A stretch of DNA of 53,557 bases, taken from the NCBI GenBank assembly GCA_012026655.1, contig JAAILG010002530.1, forward strand, positions 1 through 53,557, given 5' to 3'. Origin of the DNA: Hydrolagus affinis (lineage: Eukaryota). The position numbers and the translations under genes are program-made. Below are positions 12,822-26,357 of this stretch, one piece after another. How positions within the stretch are numbered: the first letter of the stretch is position 1; each line of letters begins with the position of its first letter. A model generated the notes under the pieces. That model was not told the origin of the DNA. It made no database searches and saw only the letters and a program-made list of their open reading frames with translations.

Positions 12822-12940
12822 TTGTTTTGCCCACAAACATCCAGTCAATTCACTTTACAGTATATTCTGTGAAGTGCTTTGAGACATTGGGAAGACGGAA
12901 AAGCGCTATATCAAATGCAAGGATTATTATTATTATTATT
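12822..12940 (+). mobile_element. 5'-truncated SINE tail
   Basis: gtcaattcactttacagtatattctgtgaag...aaatgcaagg(att)n. Confidence 0.82.
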
Positions 12941-13484
12941 TTTATTAAGTGCATCAGCTTCTACAAGGGATATTTCCTATAAAATCTAGTGCTGGGAATT
13001 GAAAAACTGTAGTACAGTAGTAATAAATGTTAGTGATGTGGAGAGAGGCTTGTACCTCAATGAACATAGCTTCAAGACATGTGAAGTCTATGGTGTGACT
13101 GCAAAACCCCCAAGTGTATTTAATCCACTTTCGGAAAGGGAATTCACAAGCTGAGCACGCTGTCCTATCTGTAATAGTCTTTTAGCAACTAGTCAATAAG
13201 GTATTACACACTTTTTGAGTACAAATTGCCAGTCTGTTGTACAGATATGGGTCCTCCCTGTATTCTATTTTGGAAGTCGCCTGTTGTGGGAATGAGATTG
13301 GACACACAAGCACAACATGGTATTGGGAGGAGGTAAAGTAAATGGTCTGATCCAATTGGATGAAGGAGGCCCAATTGGAAATATCTGCATGAACCCAAAT
13401 TATTTTTTCCCCTTCCCCCACATCAAGAAATCCTGCCAAGGCAGGGGTAACTTCACAACTTCTTGGTACAGTTTCTTGCTGAGA

Positions 13485-13570
13485 AGATACAGTCACTACA
13501 CTTTACATAAATCCTGTGAAACATTGAGGATTTGATAAGGTGCTATATCAAATGCAAGGATTATATTATC
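13485..13570 (+). mobile_element. 5'-truncated SINE tail
   Basis: cctgtgaaacattgagg...gctatatcaaatgcaaggattatattat. Confidence 0.7.
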
Positions 13571-13707
13571 GCAACCATGTTGTGTAACCAATCATCACTG
13601 ATCACAAAATGTAAAAAAAACAGCCACTTGGACATTTCCCACTTGGTAAATGTCATGTACAAACTTCACCGACAGCTAAAGAAGAACCAGTCTTGTGGAC
13701 TCCTTCA

Positions 13708-14075
13708 TAATTATAATAATAATCCTTGCATTTGATAAAAGTGCCTTATCAACTGTTCAAGACGTCTCAATGTGCTTCATAGAATATACTGTTAAGGTGA
13801 ATTGATGGTATATTTTGTGGGCAAAATGTGGCAGCCAATTGCGCACAGCAGTGTACAGTTGTGGATTGACTGACCTTTTTTTAAAAAAATTGAAGGAATT
13901 ATTATCCTTGGAAAAGTGATCCAATCAATCGACTTAACAACCAGGTTCCTACTCACTGCTGGGTAAACAGGCATGTGGAGTAAGGAAACTTGCCCAATGT
14001 TTCACCCTGCCTGGAATTGAACCCAAGTCTCTTACTTGTGAGGCGAGTGCTCTCACCACCGCACTACAGGATTCC
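13708..14075 (-). mobile_element. tRNA-derived SINE, long form
   Basis: Family head and tail plus an extra internal block ttaacaaccaggttcctactcactgctgggtaaacagg. Confidence 0.87.
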
Positions 14076-15324
14076 ACTGAGCTACAATTCCACCCAAATC
14101 TGGGAGCATTCAAGTTGGAAGAGAGTATGCATTCCATTTCAGACACTTTTTTGTGTGGGGGAAGCTTCTATGTCCAGATGGTACACATGTGGAACTCTCA
14201 GGCTGGTCTGGATATTGTTGAGCACATTGACGATTTCTGCATGTGTCAGACACCAGCTGACCAACATAAAATGCTGAGGTCAAGACATTCTGAAAACCAC
14301 ATGTAGCATGACTCAGACTCTGAACTTTGTTCTTTGCACAACACCCTGAAAATAAATGTGTGATGCTATAGATTCCAAGAAGTGTGCAGCTGAATACTGT
14401 TGCATTATAACTTGTGACTCATTTTGTCTTTTTGCTCAAACTGAACTAAACGGCACGTGTGAAACCTTCATGCGGATTTCTGTCCGCCAACCTGATTCTT
14501 TCCTCTGTGGCCATCTACAGCAACGATTGCTAAAATTACCTATGATTTTGCTCCTCTCCATGATCATACCTGCTGTTTATGCAGTATGGGGAAATCCTGC
14601 ACCAGCTCGGGCTTTTGAAAGTGGTCAGAGAGCTGCAACTTGCACCATCTCATAGTTATGTTTTGATCAGATACTCTATTGTCAATGTAAATTGGAGGAA
14701 ATGCACTTGAATGTGGTTTCGTAATGAAGCACGTTGTCGTAGTTGTATTGCTAGTTTCTTTGTTTGTTTCATCGTCTTGAGTAAATACCAGAAGTTGAGT
14801 ATTGTAAGTGGAAAAACATGTCAGCAATGGGTTCACAACCATTTTAGCACTGAGATTGGCACAGGAGCGAACAGCTGGGCATTCCTGGGATTTATGGTTT
14901 ATCTGAATTATATTATCTTGCTGGGTGACGCCCTTTTGGATTCAAATTTGCATGCTTGTTCTGATGTTATCTGATATATGTATATACTAGAGTTTTACAA
15001 TGCATCTCCTGTGTATTTTCCTGTAATAATACAAGTTGGATGATTCTTAATATAGTAAACAGCTGCTGATAGGCATTGATGCCCCAAGTATTTCCATGGG
15101 GATTACAACAGAATACTATCATTTGAGTTTAATTTTCCAGCTGTATGCAAGTCATATTGAAGTTACGAAAATGTCCCACCACATCTTTATTTTAAAACAT
15201 TGTGCTTTTTAGGATTTGCCTACAGAAGAAAAATATATTTTTTAAAATAAATATGCACTCAACAAATTTCATAACTTTTTATAAATATCCTAATCGGACA
15301 AAGGAAACAATGTCCCATCATACT

Positions 15325-15540
15325 TAAATAATAATAAATAATCCCTGCATTAGTTATACAACTTTCACGTCTTCTAGATAGCTCAAAGCACTTCACAGAA
15401 CATACTGTAAAGTGAATTGACTATATTTGTGGGTGAATGCCGCACAGCAGCGTCCCATAAGCAATCGTGAATTCAAGTGACCAATTATTGTTTTTTTTTC
15501 TTGAGGGATTATTATCAGGTGTGTGGCGTAATGAAACTTA
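15325..15540 (-). mobile_element. tRNA-derived SINE lacking head
   Basis: aataataaataatccctgcatt...cttcacagaacatactgtaaagtgaattgac...gcagcgtcccataa. Confidence 0.8.
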
Positions 15541-16454
15541 CTCGTTGACAATATAGGTTCTGAGGTAATGTTCTGAGGTTTTTCCTTTGCGTGGGTGGAG
15601 GGGGAAATTTTGAGTTTCTAAACTTTTGGGGTTAATAACCTTGCATTGCTGAGGACGGTCTATTGTGTTAATTACCTTGCGCAGTGGGTGAAGTTCCTTA
15701 TTTGTGTGAACTAGAATAATAAAGTGGCACTTGAAAGGTTTTCTTTGTCTAACTTGCAATGGATGGTGAAAGCTTCTGAAGGGACTTTGTGAAGGCCAGA
15801 ATATTTGAGATGTTTGTGCTGAGGTTGGTTTAGTTTGGAAAATCTCTGCACTGACCAAAAGGATACAAATGCCTTGCCGTACGATTCTTGCAATCTCTGT
15901 GATCTTTGAGCGCATTTCAGAATGTCTTCCAAAGCGAACAGTCGCTGAAGGACTGGAATGCCTTAATTGGTGTTGGGGGTAAAATCACTAATATTGTGTC
16001 ACCACCTCCAGCACTCTGCCAATTAAGAATATTTTTTTCTTTCAGCTTTAAGTTGAAATACGCTGCAAAGGCTGTGTTTTTTTTAATGTAGAGGAGTGGA
16101 GCAGATTAATTTGCCATGCCCCATTTGTTAGGTGGAGTAAGTAATGGTGACAAAGCCTGGAGGTTTTTTGTTGTGTGGGGCAGTCCAGATGATATCGAGG
16201 GAGGCAGTTTAGGCTGTTCTGTAATAGACATGTGTATGTATGTTATGTTTAGTTGCCTTCCTTTCCTACTGAATATCAATTTGATATAACTACCATACAC
16301 AGATGTCCAACAAATATACCAAGTCACAACACTGACTTGTCGAGTGGTTTGAGAACTTCTGCCAAAAAGAAAGGTGCTAGATCAAATGCAATTATTCATT
16401 ATTAAGTAAATTTTATTTGGGGGTGGTTGTGAATAGGATAATGGAAGAAATCTA

Positions 16455-16550
16455 TTCTGTTTGCATGAAGTGCCATTATATCTTCAACAGATGGAAGGGA
16501 CCTTGGTTTAACATCTTATCCTAAGGACAGTATCCTCCCAAAGTAGCTCC
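16455..16550 (-). mobile_element. DeuSINE core fragment
   Basis: agtgccattatatctt...ccttggtttaacatcttatcctaaggacag resembles the reverse complement of the Deu core in the other copies. Confidence 0.5.
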
Positions 16551-18419
16551 CCTCTGCCTTTGGAGGTTGAGCTAAAAAGGGTGAGAAGAGTGGTTGTTCG
16601 TGCCACTCTGGGGCACAATAAAGATAGGGAAAAACAGGTACTCAGCACTTTCGTTTTCCATGCCTCCGGGCTGCTCTTACAAAGTGTCCAGGGTCAGTTA
16701 GAGGGAACTATCACATGGAACCCATTTGTGGGTTTGAGGAAGCTGTTGAATAGCCCTTCAAAACTGAGACTTGACTTGAAGGTGGAAAGGGGCGCACCCA
16801 CCCTAAAACACACTGACAAGTTCAAATCGTTAATTTCTTAACTTCCTCTAGATGTATATGTGTCTTCTTTTACTTAGTGGCTGCCACAATACTCTGCCTA
16901 ACATGGAAAACCTGGTTTGCTGCTTGTTGAAAGGTACAACACGTCACTAAACCACCTTTCTACTTAATTTTACATTTTATTTCCAAAAACAAACCACAAA
17001 GGTTTTCTGAATATTTTTTTTGCCCAATGTTAGAATAAGATCATTCATTTGGATAATTACTCTGAGAGCAGAACTGCTTCGAATGAAGTGGCCAATTCAA
17101 ACCGGGGAAGTTGGGTGGAGTTTGCTAGTGAATCATAGCATGGATGGTTTCAGTGATGGTGGGCTCTGAGAATGCCCTTCATGACTGACTAAATTAGGTC
17201 AGCTTCATATAGACAGCTGTTCTCTTGTTTGGCATAGTTGGAGCGAGGGGTCCTCTAAGGAATAATGGATTCAGGTTTATTCTGGTATAGCATGTAGTTC
17301 TCTAGTTCTCTACACTTAGTACAGAACAGTAAGGTACTGTGCATGTGTGTGTTTTTCTAAACTTACAGCACACTCTATTGAAGTAGGTTCTGTGCTTTTA
17401 GTCAGTAGGTCTAATGGATAAGAGCAGTGATTCTGAGTCGGTTTTGGTCAAGAATCTAGTTAGATTAGTTTTTTGATCAAAGGTAGACAATTATTAATGC
17501 TATCTGACAATTACAAAGCATGTTGATATAGCAGACCTATCTAATAACATTGTCATTTTAGGTACATTGATTTCTAGGAAACTGCTGTATTTACGTTGAC
17601 TTTTTGTTTAATATACATCCACCTCAGTTTGGAGAAGCTGAAGGTAATGGTGAATTAGTCAGCTGAAATGTTCCAGGGGTAACAGCTAACACGAGCAAGC
17701 CAGAATGGTCATTGGAACAGCCGTGCTAAAAAGCATATAGGCACCCATGGATTAGGCCTGAAATTCCAAGTTGATGGATAATTTGAGAATTCATGACAAC
17801 ATCCACAAAATAGAACAGGTGGTACACTTTGTGGATATGTTATAGTGATATTTAGCAAAATCTATTAAATCCTTCTACACTATGTTCTACCTTAAATTGT
17901 TTTCTGTCTGTTACACAAGGCAGTTTGATCTATATGGACAGAGGTACTTTCAGACTGGGTCAAGTTCCTACAAGTAGAAAATGATAAAATACATATTGTT
18001 CAGGATTTCAATTCAAAGCTGTGCATACTGCAGGCATCATTTAAATTGAAAGGATGAGTCAACAGCTGACCTCACTAAGGCAGTGGAGTATGACTGCTGG
18101 TTTTAAGGTGGACAACTTACCTTGTCCACCTTGTGTACAATTCATTACAGCTTTATTTAAGGAGGGTTGTGTAAAACTGTGCAGATGTTGTTTTTTGTAC
18201 GCTGGCAGTCGCTGCCTGGAATGCGTTTCCTGTCTGGTGGCTGAAATTGATTACTTTGCTTTCAATTTTTGCTGTTTGGAGTGCAGCGTATGAACAAGTA
18301 CAGCTTAGAGTGGCTTTCTGTGACTTCATTAGTCATCGACCACTGACCTATGTCAATATGGGAAATTTTCAAAGATGGGGTGAAATGAATAGCAGTCATT
18401 TTTCTTGAAGGATTCACTT

Positions 18420-18471
18420 GTAGGACGTCCTCCCGATGTGAAAGGCGCTCTATATTTTGTTGTTGTTATTG
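18420..18471 (+). mobile_element. Short L2-type 3' end with (TTG)n tail
   Basis: ggacgtcctcccgatgtgaaaggcgctctata...ttgttgttg. Recurs at about 36457, 42830, 46201 and 21449(-). Confidence 0.7.
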
Positions 18472-20254
18472 TATCACATTCACTTGCGTATAATGTTTTT
18501 TGAAACTTCAATGCTATGTACTGTAGTTTATTTTACACATGTGTTTTTTTAAAAAAAAATCATCTCAGACATGATATTTGTTGTGCTGGCATTTCCGAGT
18601 GTGTTATCAGAAGCGAATTGTGAATCTTAAGATTGGACACCTTCATTATTACAGTCAGCTGGGAGAAAATAATCCTGTCAAAGCACACCATACGGTTTTA
18701 ATGTAGACCTCAACTGGTTTTGATTTCTTCCCCTTGCTTCCCCAGCGTAGTCTCAATAGTATTTTTTGAGAGAACCACTGACTTTTCTTAAGGTACCATG
18801 CTTTTTGAATATCCAGGTTCCTGGATTGCATTGAATTGTAGGGATCGACTGTGGGTTTTGAAATGGTAACTAACCTTACACCCCCTGTGTAATTTGGGTC
18901 AGGAAAGGATAGATGAGTAGTGTAGAAATGTACTTTCAGAAATTACAGTAAAATAGAAACTTGTCGCAGTTTAAGACTGCAGGGCATTTTCATTTTGTGT
19001 GAGCTTAAAAAAATATGTTTTTTAAAAAAAATTCTGAAAAATCTTCTGTTGCGTTTAGAAACGAAAGCTGTTTTATTAAAAAAATAAGACATTAGTTGAT
19101 ACGTGGCTCTGTATGTTTCACTTCCCTTTCTTCAAAATAAATATTCAGGCTCTAAATATTTTTTAAGGGTACTCGAACGAGTCTCTCTTCCCCAACCCCA
19201 CAAAAAAAACTTTTTAAACACCTTAAACCAGAAAGTTAAATGAGAGGCATTTATTTTGTGTTGATCCTTAATAATAGAAATTTGAGTTTTAGTTAATGTT
19301 GGAGAACAGCAAACTTGTACGGTATATTTTGTGTCAACGTATCACCTGGAAAAAAGAGGTCAAAACTCTTGATGCTGAATTGCAGCACAGTTACTGCAGA
19401 AGTGGAATTTCTGCTGAATGCTGCATTGGAGCAAAGTTCCTGTGGGTTGGTGTGGTGCATATCCCTTCATTGGCAGGGTTGCAAATACGGCTGTGTAGGC
19501 AGCATACGGAGAACAAAAAAAAAGGTTAAGTGCTTTCCCATGACTTTATGCTTGCCTTTTCCACTCCAGCTAGAATAAGGGGCTTTTTTTTGGCAGGAGA
19601 ATGCTTTGTTCTTTAATTTTTAGTGTTTTCTACTCGTGTGGAAAACGGAGAGGACCAAGTATTCATTATGTAATGGGATAGACCATGGAAAGGAGGAACC
19701 TGAGCTCAGTAGTGAGGTTCGGGGAACAGGGAATTACTTTGCGAATTAATTTGGGGATTACTTTTCTACTCAGATGTTCATTACAGTGAAATAACGTTTT
19801 AAATCGCTGGATGCTGATGATGCTGATTTATCTTGATAATGATGCAATAATTTTACCAGGACTTCCCATACAATAAAATACATTTTTTATTATGGTTGGC
19901 TGGGTATTTTAACTGGATTTTTCCTCCTTGATGATCACAGTATTCAGTTACCACTGAGCTATCAGTGGGGCGTATTGTTTATTACAAGAAGTCCCTCAAA
20001 CCAAATACTCTTGTTACTCATCTTGCTATTACTTATCTTAAAGTATATCAAATATAATAATCATCCTTGCATTTGATATAGCGCTTTTCAAGTCTTCCAG
20101 ACATCTCATCTAGTAAAGTCTTGTCAGTAACTTCATGACACTCAATTGCCTGATTCAGTCAGGGTAGGCTTCACGCCAAACATTACCATATCAATGGGCT
20201 ATTCAGGCAGGTGTATACTTGATTTCTTTTGTCACTCTAGCAACTACAATCTGA

Positions 20255-20690
20255 ATTAAAATTTTTACAGCACCTTTCTCATCGGGATGATGTCCAAAGT
20301 CATTTGACAGTCCAGCGTGCCCACCTGAACTAGTGGGAGGGCAAAGGAATGATGGCATAAACACAATCAAAGAGGAAGGTCTTAAGATGGATTTAGAAGG
20401 AGACAAGGAAAGGGGCAAGTTAAAGGGACTCCAGGATGGAGGCAGATAATACTGAAAACCCAATCACTGATGGTGGGAGGGGGACATGAAGCATAGGAAG
20501 GATGGGGCGAGGTCATGGAGGGAATTAAAAGCAAGGATAGGATATTGAACTCGACCCAAAGTGGAGCCGGGCAAGGATAGGTTGATAGGCTCATAGAGCC
20601 GAGGGTTAGAATGAATATGAGCTTCATGGGTCTTGATAATCTATGGTTTGTAAAGGGAAGAGACAAGTAGTCTGACAATCAGATAGTTGG
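20255..20690 (-). mobile_element. Old L2 LINE 3' fragment
   Basis: Purine-rich + strand resembles 38609-39005. The minus frame contains PLWVEFNILSL, similar to the L2 ORF2 C-terminal RIxFKILxL motif. Confidence 0.55.
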
Positions 20691-20973
20691 TGTGATTTAA
20701 CCCAATTTTGATAAATGTTTGGATTAGGATCTGAACGAGTATTTCTGATGGGGGAAATTCTCCATCAAAAATAATAAAAATGTTAAGTTTTGTTTATTTC
20801 GATCCTCTTTTATTTTTATTTGGTGTATAAGATTCCAGTGCCATCATTTTATTGAAATATTTTTTATAAGTGTATGCTTTGACTACTCGCTCATAACTGG
20901 GGCATGAGCTGTCGATCTGGAAAAGCTTATTTGGCGTAACAATCCTGATTTGTAATATCTTGTTTTTATGTAG

Positions 20974-21132
20974 GAGAACACCTAAAAGTATGTCCTCAGG
21001 GTTACACCTGCTGCACTTCGGAAATGGAGGAAAGGCTCAGCCATCAAAGTCAGCATGAATTCAGACACGCTGTGATGGAAACTAGTGACAAACTACAATC
21101 AACATTTGCATCTAGATATAGAAAGTTTGATG
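20974..21132 (+). CDS. GPC4: Glypican-4 coding exon 2 (159 nt, phase 1-1)
   Basis: Acceptor tttttatgtag| and donor |gtaagt. Translates (G)[52 protein letters not shown], the glypican HLxxCPQGxTCC..EMEE motif. Phase joins exon 3. Not in the ORF track. Confidence 0.96.
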
Positions 21133-21448
21133 GTAAGTAATGGAAGTTGTGGGGAAATGGAACGTTTGTATTTGCATTCAAATGTTAGGGGTGGGGTGGG
21201 GGGAAACAATCATGGTTGTTTTAAAACTCTTATAACAAAGAAAGGAAGACTGAGAGAGTTCCACAGCCTTGACATCTTGGAAAAGAGTTGAGTTAAGAGC
21301 CTTGATTTCAATACTACGAGAATGTCCTGGAGGAAGGTTTAGAGGCGCAATGATTATATTGATTTTAAAATGGAGGGAGATGATAAAGTGTGGAGAGGTT
21401 GGTGAAGAGGATCACCGAGCAGACAAAGCCTTCAGTTGTATTCTGTGC

Positions 21449-21510
21449 AACAACAACAGAAAAATTGCACATATATAGCTCCTTTCACGCCTGGAGGACG
21501 TCCCAAAGTC
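21449..21510 (-). mobile_element. Short L2-type 3' end
   Basis: caacaacaac...atatagctcctttcacgcctggaggacgtcccaaag. Confidence 0.68.
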
Positions 21511-21919
21511 TGAGTGTTTTCATTCACTGAAGCGCTGAAGTGCAGGAATGTGACTGAGGTGCTGGATGAACCTCCTCCAGCTATTGCAACCACTTTATTT
21601 TTGTCGAATTATTAAGGTGAAAAGATGTGTGTTGGCATTAAAGAGGTAACTTAACATCCTTGGAAGCAAGTTTAACGATGTTTAACCAAGCCAAATTCAG
21701 TTGCTTAATTTATCATCTTCCCCTTGAGTTATTTGTAGCCTTGGGTAAATGCAAACAATACCTACAGTTCGGGACATTGCTTGGAGGAATTGTTAAATGT
21801 TTCCTTTTCCCTCCTCTTTACCTTTTCCACTGACAAATTTTTTTTCCAATAAAATACCTTCTCAGCAGTGTTTTAATCCCACCGGAGGAAATAAAGTTGC
21901 AAACAAGGATGTCATGAAA

Positions 21920-22310
21920 AAGACTGGCTATTCACTTTATGAGGAAATACTTGAATGATAGCGGTACAGCTGTTCATGTTGGATAAAGATCCTTTTTGCT
22001 GAAGGAATGTCTTTCCCTCTGGTAGAAGGATCCAAAACAAGAGAACACCATTTGAAAATAGTTAGGTCATTGAAAGTGAATTCAGAAAGCATTGTTCACC
22101 TACAGAGGACTTGTGAGAATATGGATCTTGCAGTCCTGGAAGGTGGTAGATGCAAAGTTGATCGAAATTTTTAAAAGGGAGATTGATGAGAAATTGAGCA
22201 TTAAGGATTTGATAGATTAAGCATATAGAGATAAAGATGAGAAATTAGATTACCAAATCTGCTTAATAAAATGGTAGAACAATGGGCAAAAATGGCTCAC
22301 TTTTCTTTTT
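21920..22310 (+). mobile_element. Old CR1 LINE 3' fragment
   Basis: tttccctctggtagaaggatccaaaacaagagaacac...cagaggacttgtgagaatatgg...tttaaaagggagattgat parallels 26607-26800. Confidence 0.6.
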
Positions 22311-23084
22311 GTAGGACCATCATGCTTTGTGCTTTAACTTTTTAATGGACATTCATCATTATTCTGCTTTTCTTTCCCTTGTTTCAATCTGGGAAGAGAA
22401 GCGAATCTTCTGCCTTTATATTCTCACACCCAAAATGCTGACAGATTTCAGCACCTCATTAAGAATTAAATCTCTTTTATTCCCCAAGGAGCAAGACTTT
22501 TTTAAAAAAAATTGTGGTGAATCTGTTAGCATTGGTAACTCTTGACAGCAGTGAGTGGGATTATGTGAATAAGAGTTCAGTTTACATCACTGATCTAAAA
22601 GATGGAACACTTCGATGTCTTTGCGAGAGGCTGCAGGTTGATTCTTTTAAAAAATTCAGCAAGTAGTAGTTGTAGCTTTTCCCTGTGGTCGAGTCTAGTG
22701 CTAGCCCATGTCTGACATCCGAAGTTCCATGTGTAGTCTTTGCTGGGTTGTGAGAGCACCTATTTGAAATGAGGTCAGAGCATTGAGGCACAGTGCTTCT
22801 ATTCAGGCAGTTTAGGAGTCTTGATGAACCTGGAGAAATTCCAGATGGATTGATTCCAGAACACAAACTTCATAGGGAGGCGTCTGGTTCAGACTGTCCA
22901 ATGGACCGTATGCCAGGGGAACATTTTCTGGATAATCGGAACCAGCTGCAGCCCTTCCCTGTTAGAATGGGTCACACCAACAAATGACTGACGCAGGGAA
23001 TTTAACTCAGGGGCGAAAATCAAAGATAACATAATGAGGGACACTTTTTAGTTAAAACTCTTATTACAGCTGTCTTCAGATAAC

Positions 23085-23345
23085 CATAATAAATCAATAA
23101 ATAAATCTTGAATTTGTTATTGCACTGTGTTGCAATGAATCATCTCAAAGTGCTTGACAGTAGTTTCTGTCAAGTATAATGAATGTATTTTTTGAAGGTG
23201 AACACGGCAGCCAACTTGTGTATAGCAGTTTCCCACAAACATCCAGGAGGTAAATGCACCAATTTTATGCAGGGGCACCAGGACACCAGGAGAAACTCCC
23301 TTCTCTTTTCAAATAGCGCCATTGGAACTTTAAGTCTTCCAAGTA
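23085..23345 (-). mobile_element. DeuSINE 3' half
   Basis: ggcagccaacttgtgtatagcagtttcccacaaaca...ccaggacaccaggagaaactccc...aaatagcgccattgg matches the reverse complement of about 46860-47090. Confidence 0.68.
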
Positions 23346-24072
23346 AACCACTTTATCACTGCTACAAGTTGCATTTATATAGCGCCCATTGCAGGGCAGC
23401 ATCTCGGAGCGCTGTTGAATTAAAAATGTTATGACCAGTTGTTTTATTGATAAATATATTGGCAAGGTGAAAGGGAATTAGTGACCAAGGAAGTGTTGGA
23501 AGGAATTCCCTCTATTGGGGTTTCCCAATTATAAATAAACATCTACTCACCTGATTTTATCTCCCTAGATGAGATGCTTCATGCAATGTTTGTAAACCAG
23601 GATAAAATAATGTTGCAGATGGATCACTGCTCTCTATTCATGGCATGTTAAATGTTATTCAACACCATGAATAATATTTCTCCTGTCTATTTATTTTTGA
23701 TCCTTATTTTCTTAACCCAATTGATTGGAAGCTTACTTTCGCCCATCACATTCTTTCGCTCGCTCTGATCCTTTGCTAAGATCGGTCTGATCTCATCTTT
23801 ATTCAGACCACACCCTCTGTTAACCTTTCCCCAGTTATATTGGCCGAACTCTTGCAGTTGATACCCCAGACACTTTCACAACCTCCCTTTGTTTCCTTTT
23901 TTCTGTGTGTAAGAGCTGTGAGATTCTCCTATTTTATTATTCCGTTTTCTTCCCTGGAGAAATTTTCTGGCTAGTTTAGCTAAACCCAACCCGATGGCTG
24001 TCTGATTCACTCTCTTGGAGCTGTGAAATGATTGTTCAGCATTGTGTATACCTACTCACCACTGCATGCGCA

Positions 24073-24102
24073 GCACGCGCGCGCACACACACACACACAC
24101 AC
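24073..24102. repeat. (CG)n(CA)n alternating purine-pyrimidine tract
   Basis: gcacgcgcgcgcacacacacacacacacac. Confidence 0.9.
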
Positions 24103-25490
24103 CATGGTTCAGTTTCCAAATTTATCATGTGGGCATCTGCAGCCATGAATCATAAGGCCAAATACTGAATAACACAATGTGTTGGAGATGTATTGTGGTA
24201 TGGGATCAGTAATTAACAACTTAAATGTTGTTAAATATCTGCAGCAAGCTTCCAGGCCAGTAACCTAGAACACCTTTCAGAAAGGAGATGCCGTGACCGA
24301 AGAGCAATGATGGGGGTTGGAAAAAAACAATGCGCCAACCTGGATTTGTCCAATTTGTGGATATTTATTTTATAATTGTGCTCAGGTTCACTCTTTGTAC
24401 AAGATGCTATGGGGTGATACATACTTGAGTAAAACTTAACTTTGAAATTGCGGAAAATTATTTAAATGAAACTAAGTTCACCGAGGTACACAAGTTTTTC
24501 TTTTGTGTAGACAAAAAAACAGGCTTGTCTGTCTCACTGCTATTTGTTTTAGGTACAACCCTAGAAATGTAGGTATTCAGTTTCTTTTGGCTTTATTCCC
24601 TTTATCTGTCAGGATCAAACTCCTTGTATCCATTTCAGCTTGTACAACAGCTGCAGGGTGGAGTATCTTTCCTATATGTGCCTCAACTGCAGTGAACAAA
24701 GACAGAGTCAGTTCAATGTGATGAAAGCCGCTGACATTTTGGTGTTTTTTTTCTCTCCCAAGACATTTTCTGAAGGTGGTTTCCAGTGAGCCGTTTGCCC
24801 CCACCCAAAATATGTTTTCAGGCCGCCCTATTGCTATGTACAGGATGTTTCCTGTATGTAACCATATGCAGAGTTGGATGAGCATAATTCAGGCTAAGGT
24901 GACTGTATTTGATCTTTCTTGGCCAACATTTTCTTTCAAATTAAGATTTTCAACAAAACATAATAATCACCTGTGTTTGACAACTTAAACCACACTTTAT
25001 CGAGTGGAAGTAAAAATGGCCCTTCACGGTGAAAGCAGCACCGGAAGAAAAAGTAAAGAATCCATCTGTTGATGACATTTTCATCACTGAAGTCAATGTA
25101 TTTATGTAAGTGTTTCCATGTGATTTGCAGTCCTTTTGGCAGTTGGAATGAGTTGGCTAAATTGAAAGAGAATATGTCAAACCCACCCCTAATCGGTCTC
25201 AGTGCTGTGATTCCCATTGGTAAATAAAGTTTCACTGTTTAAAGTTCTGAAGGGATGATGCATGTTAATGATTTTGCTCGTTTGGTTAGATATGTGACCA
25301 GAGGTGCACAACCAGGAGCATTAATCCTGAGTGCTAATGACTGCACATTTTTGTCTACAATTGCATTTTATTTGTATCTCACTGACCGTGAGAAAACAAA
25401 ATTGTGGTGGTTCCTACAAGAGACATTGATTTGAGCCTCTTAATTTTCAGAAAGGCCAAACCATGTAACTTCTGTGCTGTGAGATATGTG

Positions 25491-25862
25491 AATAATAATC
25501 CTTGAATTTGATATATTGCTTCATCACATCTTTGAGATGTCTCAAAGTACTTCACAGAATATACTAGAAAGTGAATTGACTATGTTTTGTGGGCAAAACA
25601 TGGCAGCTAATTGCGTACAGCAGTATCTCACAAACAGTCGTGGTTTGAGTGACCAAATTTTTATTTTATTTATTTTATTGAATGTATTATACCTCCAGTT
25701 AATGATCTGCCAATCGATTAACAATCGTGTTCCTACTTACTGCTGGGTAAATCGACCTGTGGAGTAAGGAAATTTATCTAATGTTTCACCCTGCCCGGGA
25801 ATCAAACCTAGGTCCTCTTGCTTGGAAGGCGAGTGCTCTAATGAATACACTACAGGGCTCCA
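25491..25862 (-). mobile_element. tRNA-derived SINE, long form
   Basis: Family tail, extra block gttcctacttactgctgggtaaat, and head ending ctacagggctcca. Confidence 0.87.
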
Positions 25863-26357
25863 GTGAATGTTCGCTATGTAATCTAAGATATTGTTTTTAA
25901 AATATATATATTTGTTCTGGCTGCCTGGGACTTTTGTAGTGATGAATGAACATCAGCTTTTGTGGCAAAATAAAATGTTAAATATCATTCACAGGACCAG
26001 AAAGATGTTGAAAGAACTATTTTTTTTGCACTGAGATCTCAAAAAATCTGTATGGAGTGAAATAGTAGACATTGATAATTTGCTTTTCTTTTACATCTGT
26101 GTTATAAATGAATTGACTTGTTTACTTGACATATCTGTTGTATTATTAGAAGCTATCCTTCCCCTCCCGAATTAAGATTCCTCTTTAAATTACAATGTGC
26201 GAAGAACATCACCCTGCCAGTCTTTTTGAATGTTGTTACCACACACCAAATCAAAAACAGGGGGCTGTAACATGCCTCGTCATCAATGATGCCTACCTAA
26301 TTCCCATTGAAGATAGATATTGTACAATACAAGGTCAATTCTATATGTTGTCTTCTG

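Noticed and set aside
15538-15932. 125-aa and 73-aa minus-strand ORFs as a nested gene
   Set aside because: No recognisable domain or splice structure; length compatible with chance.
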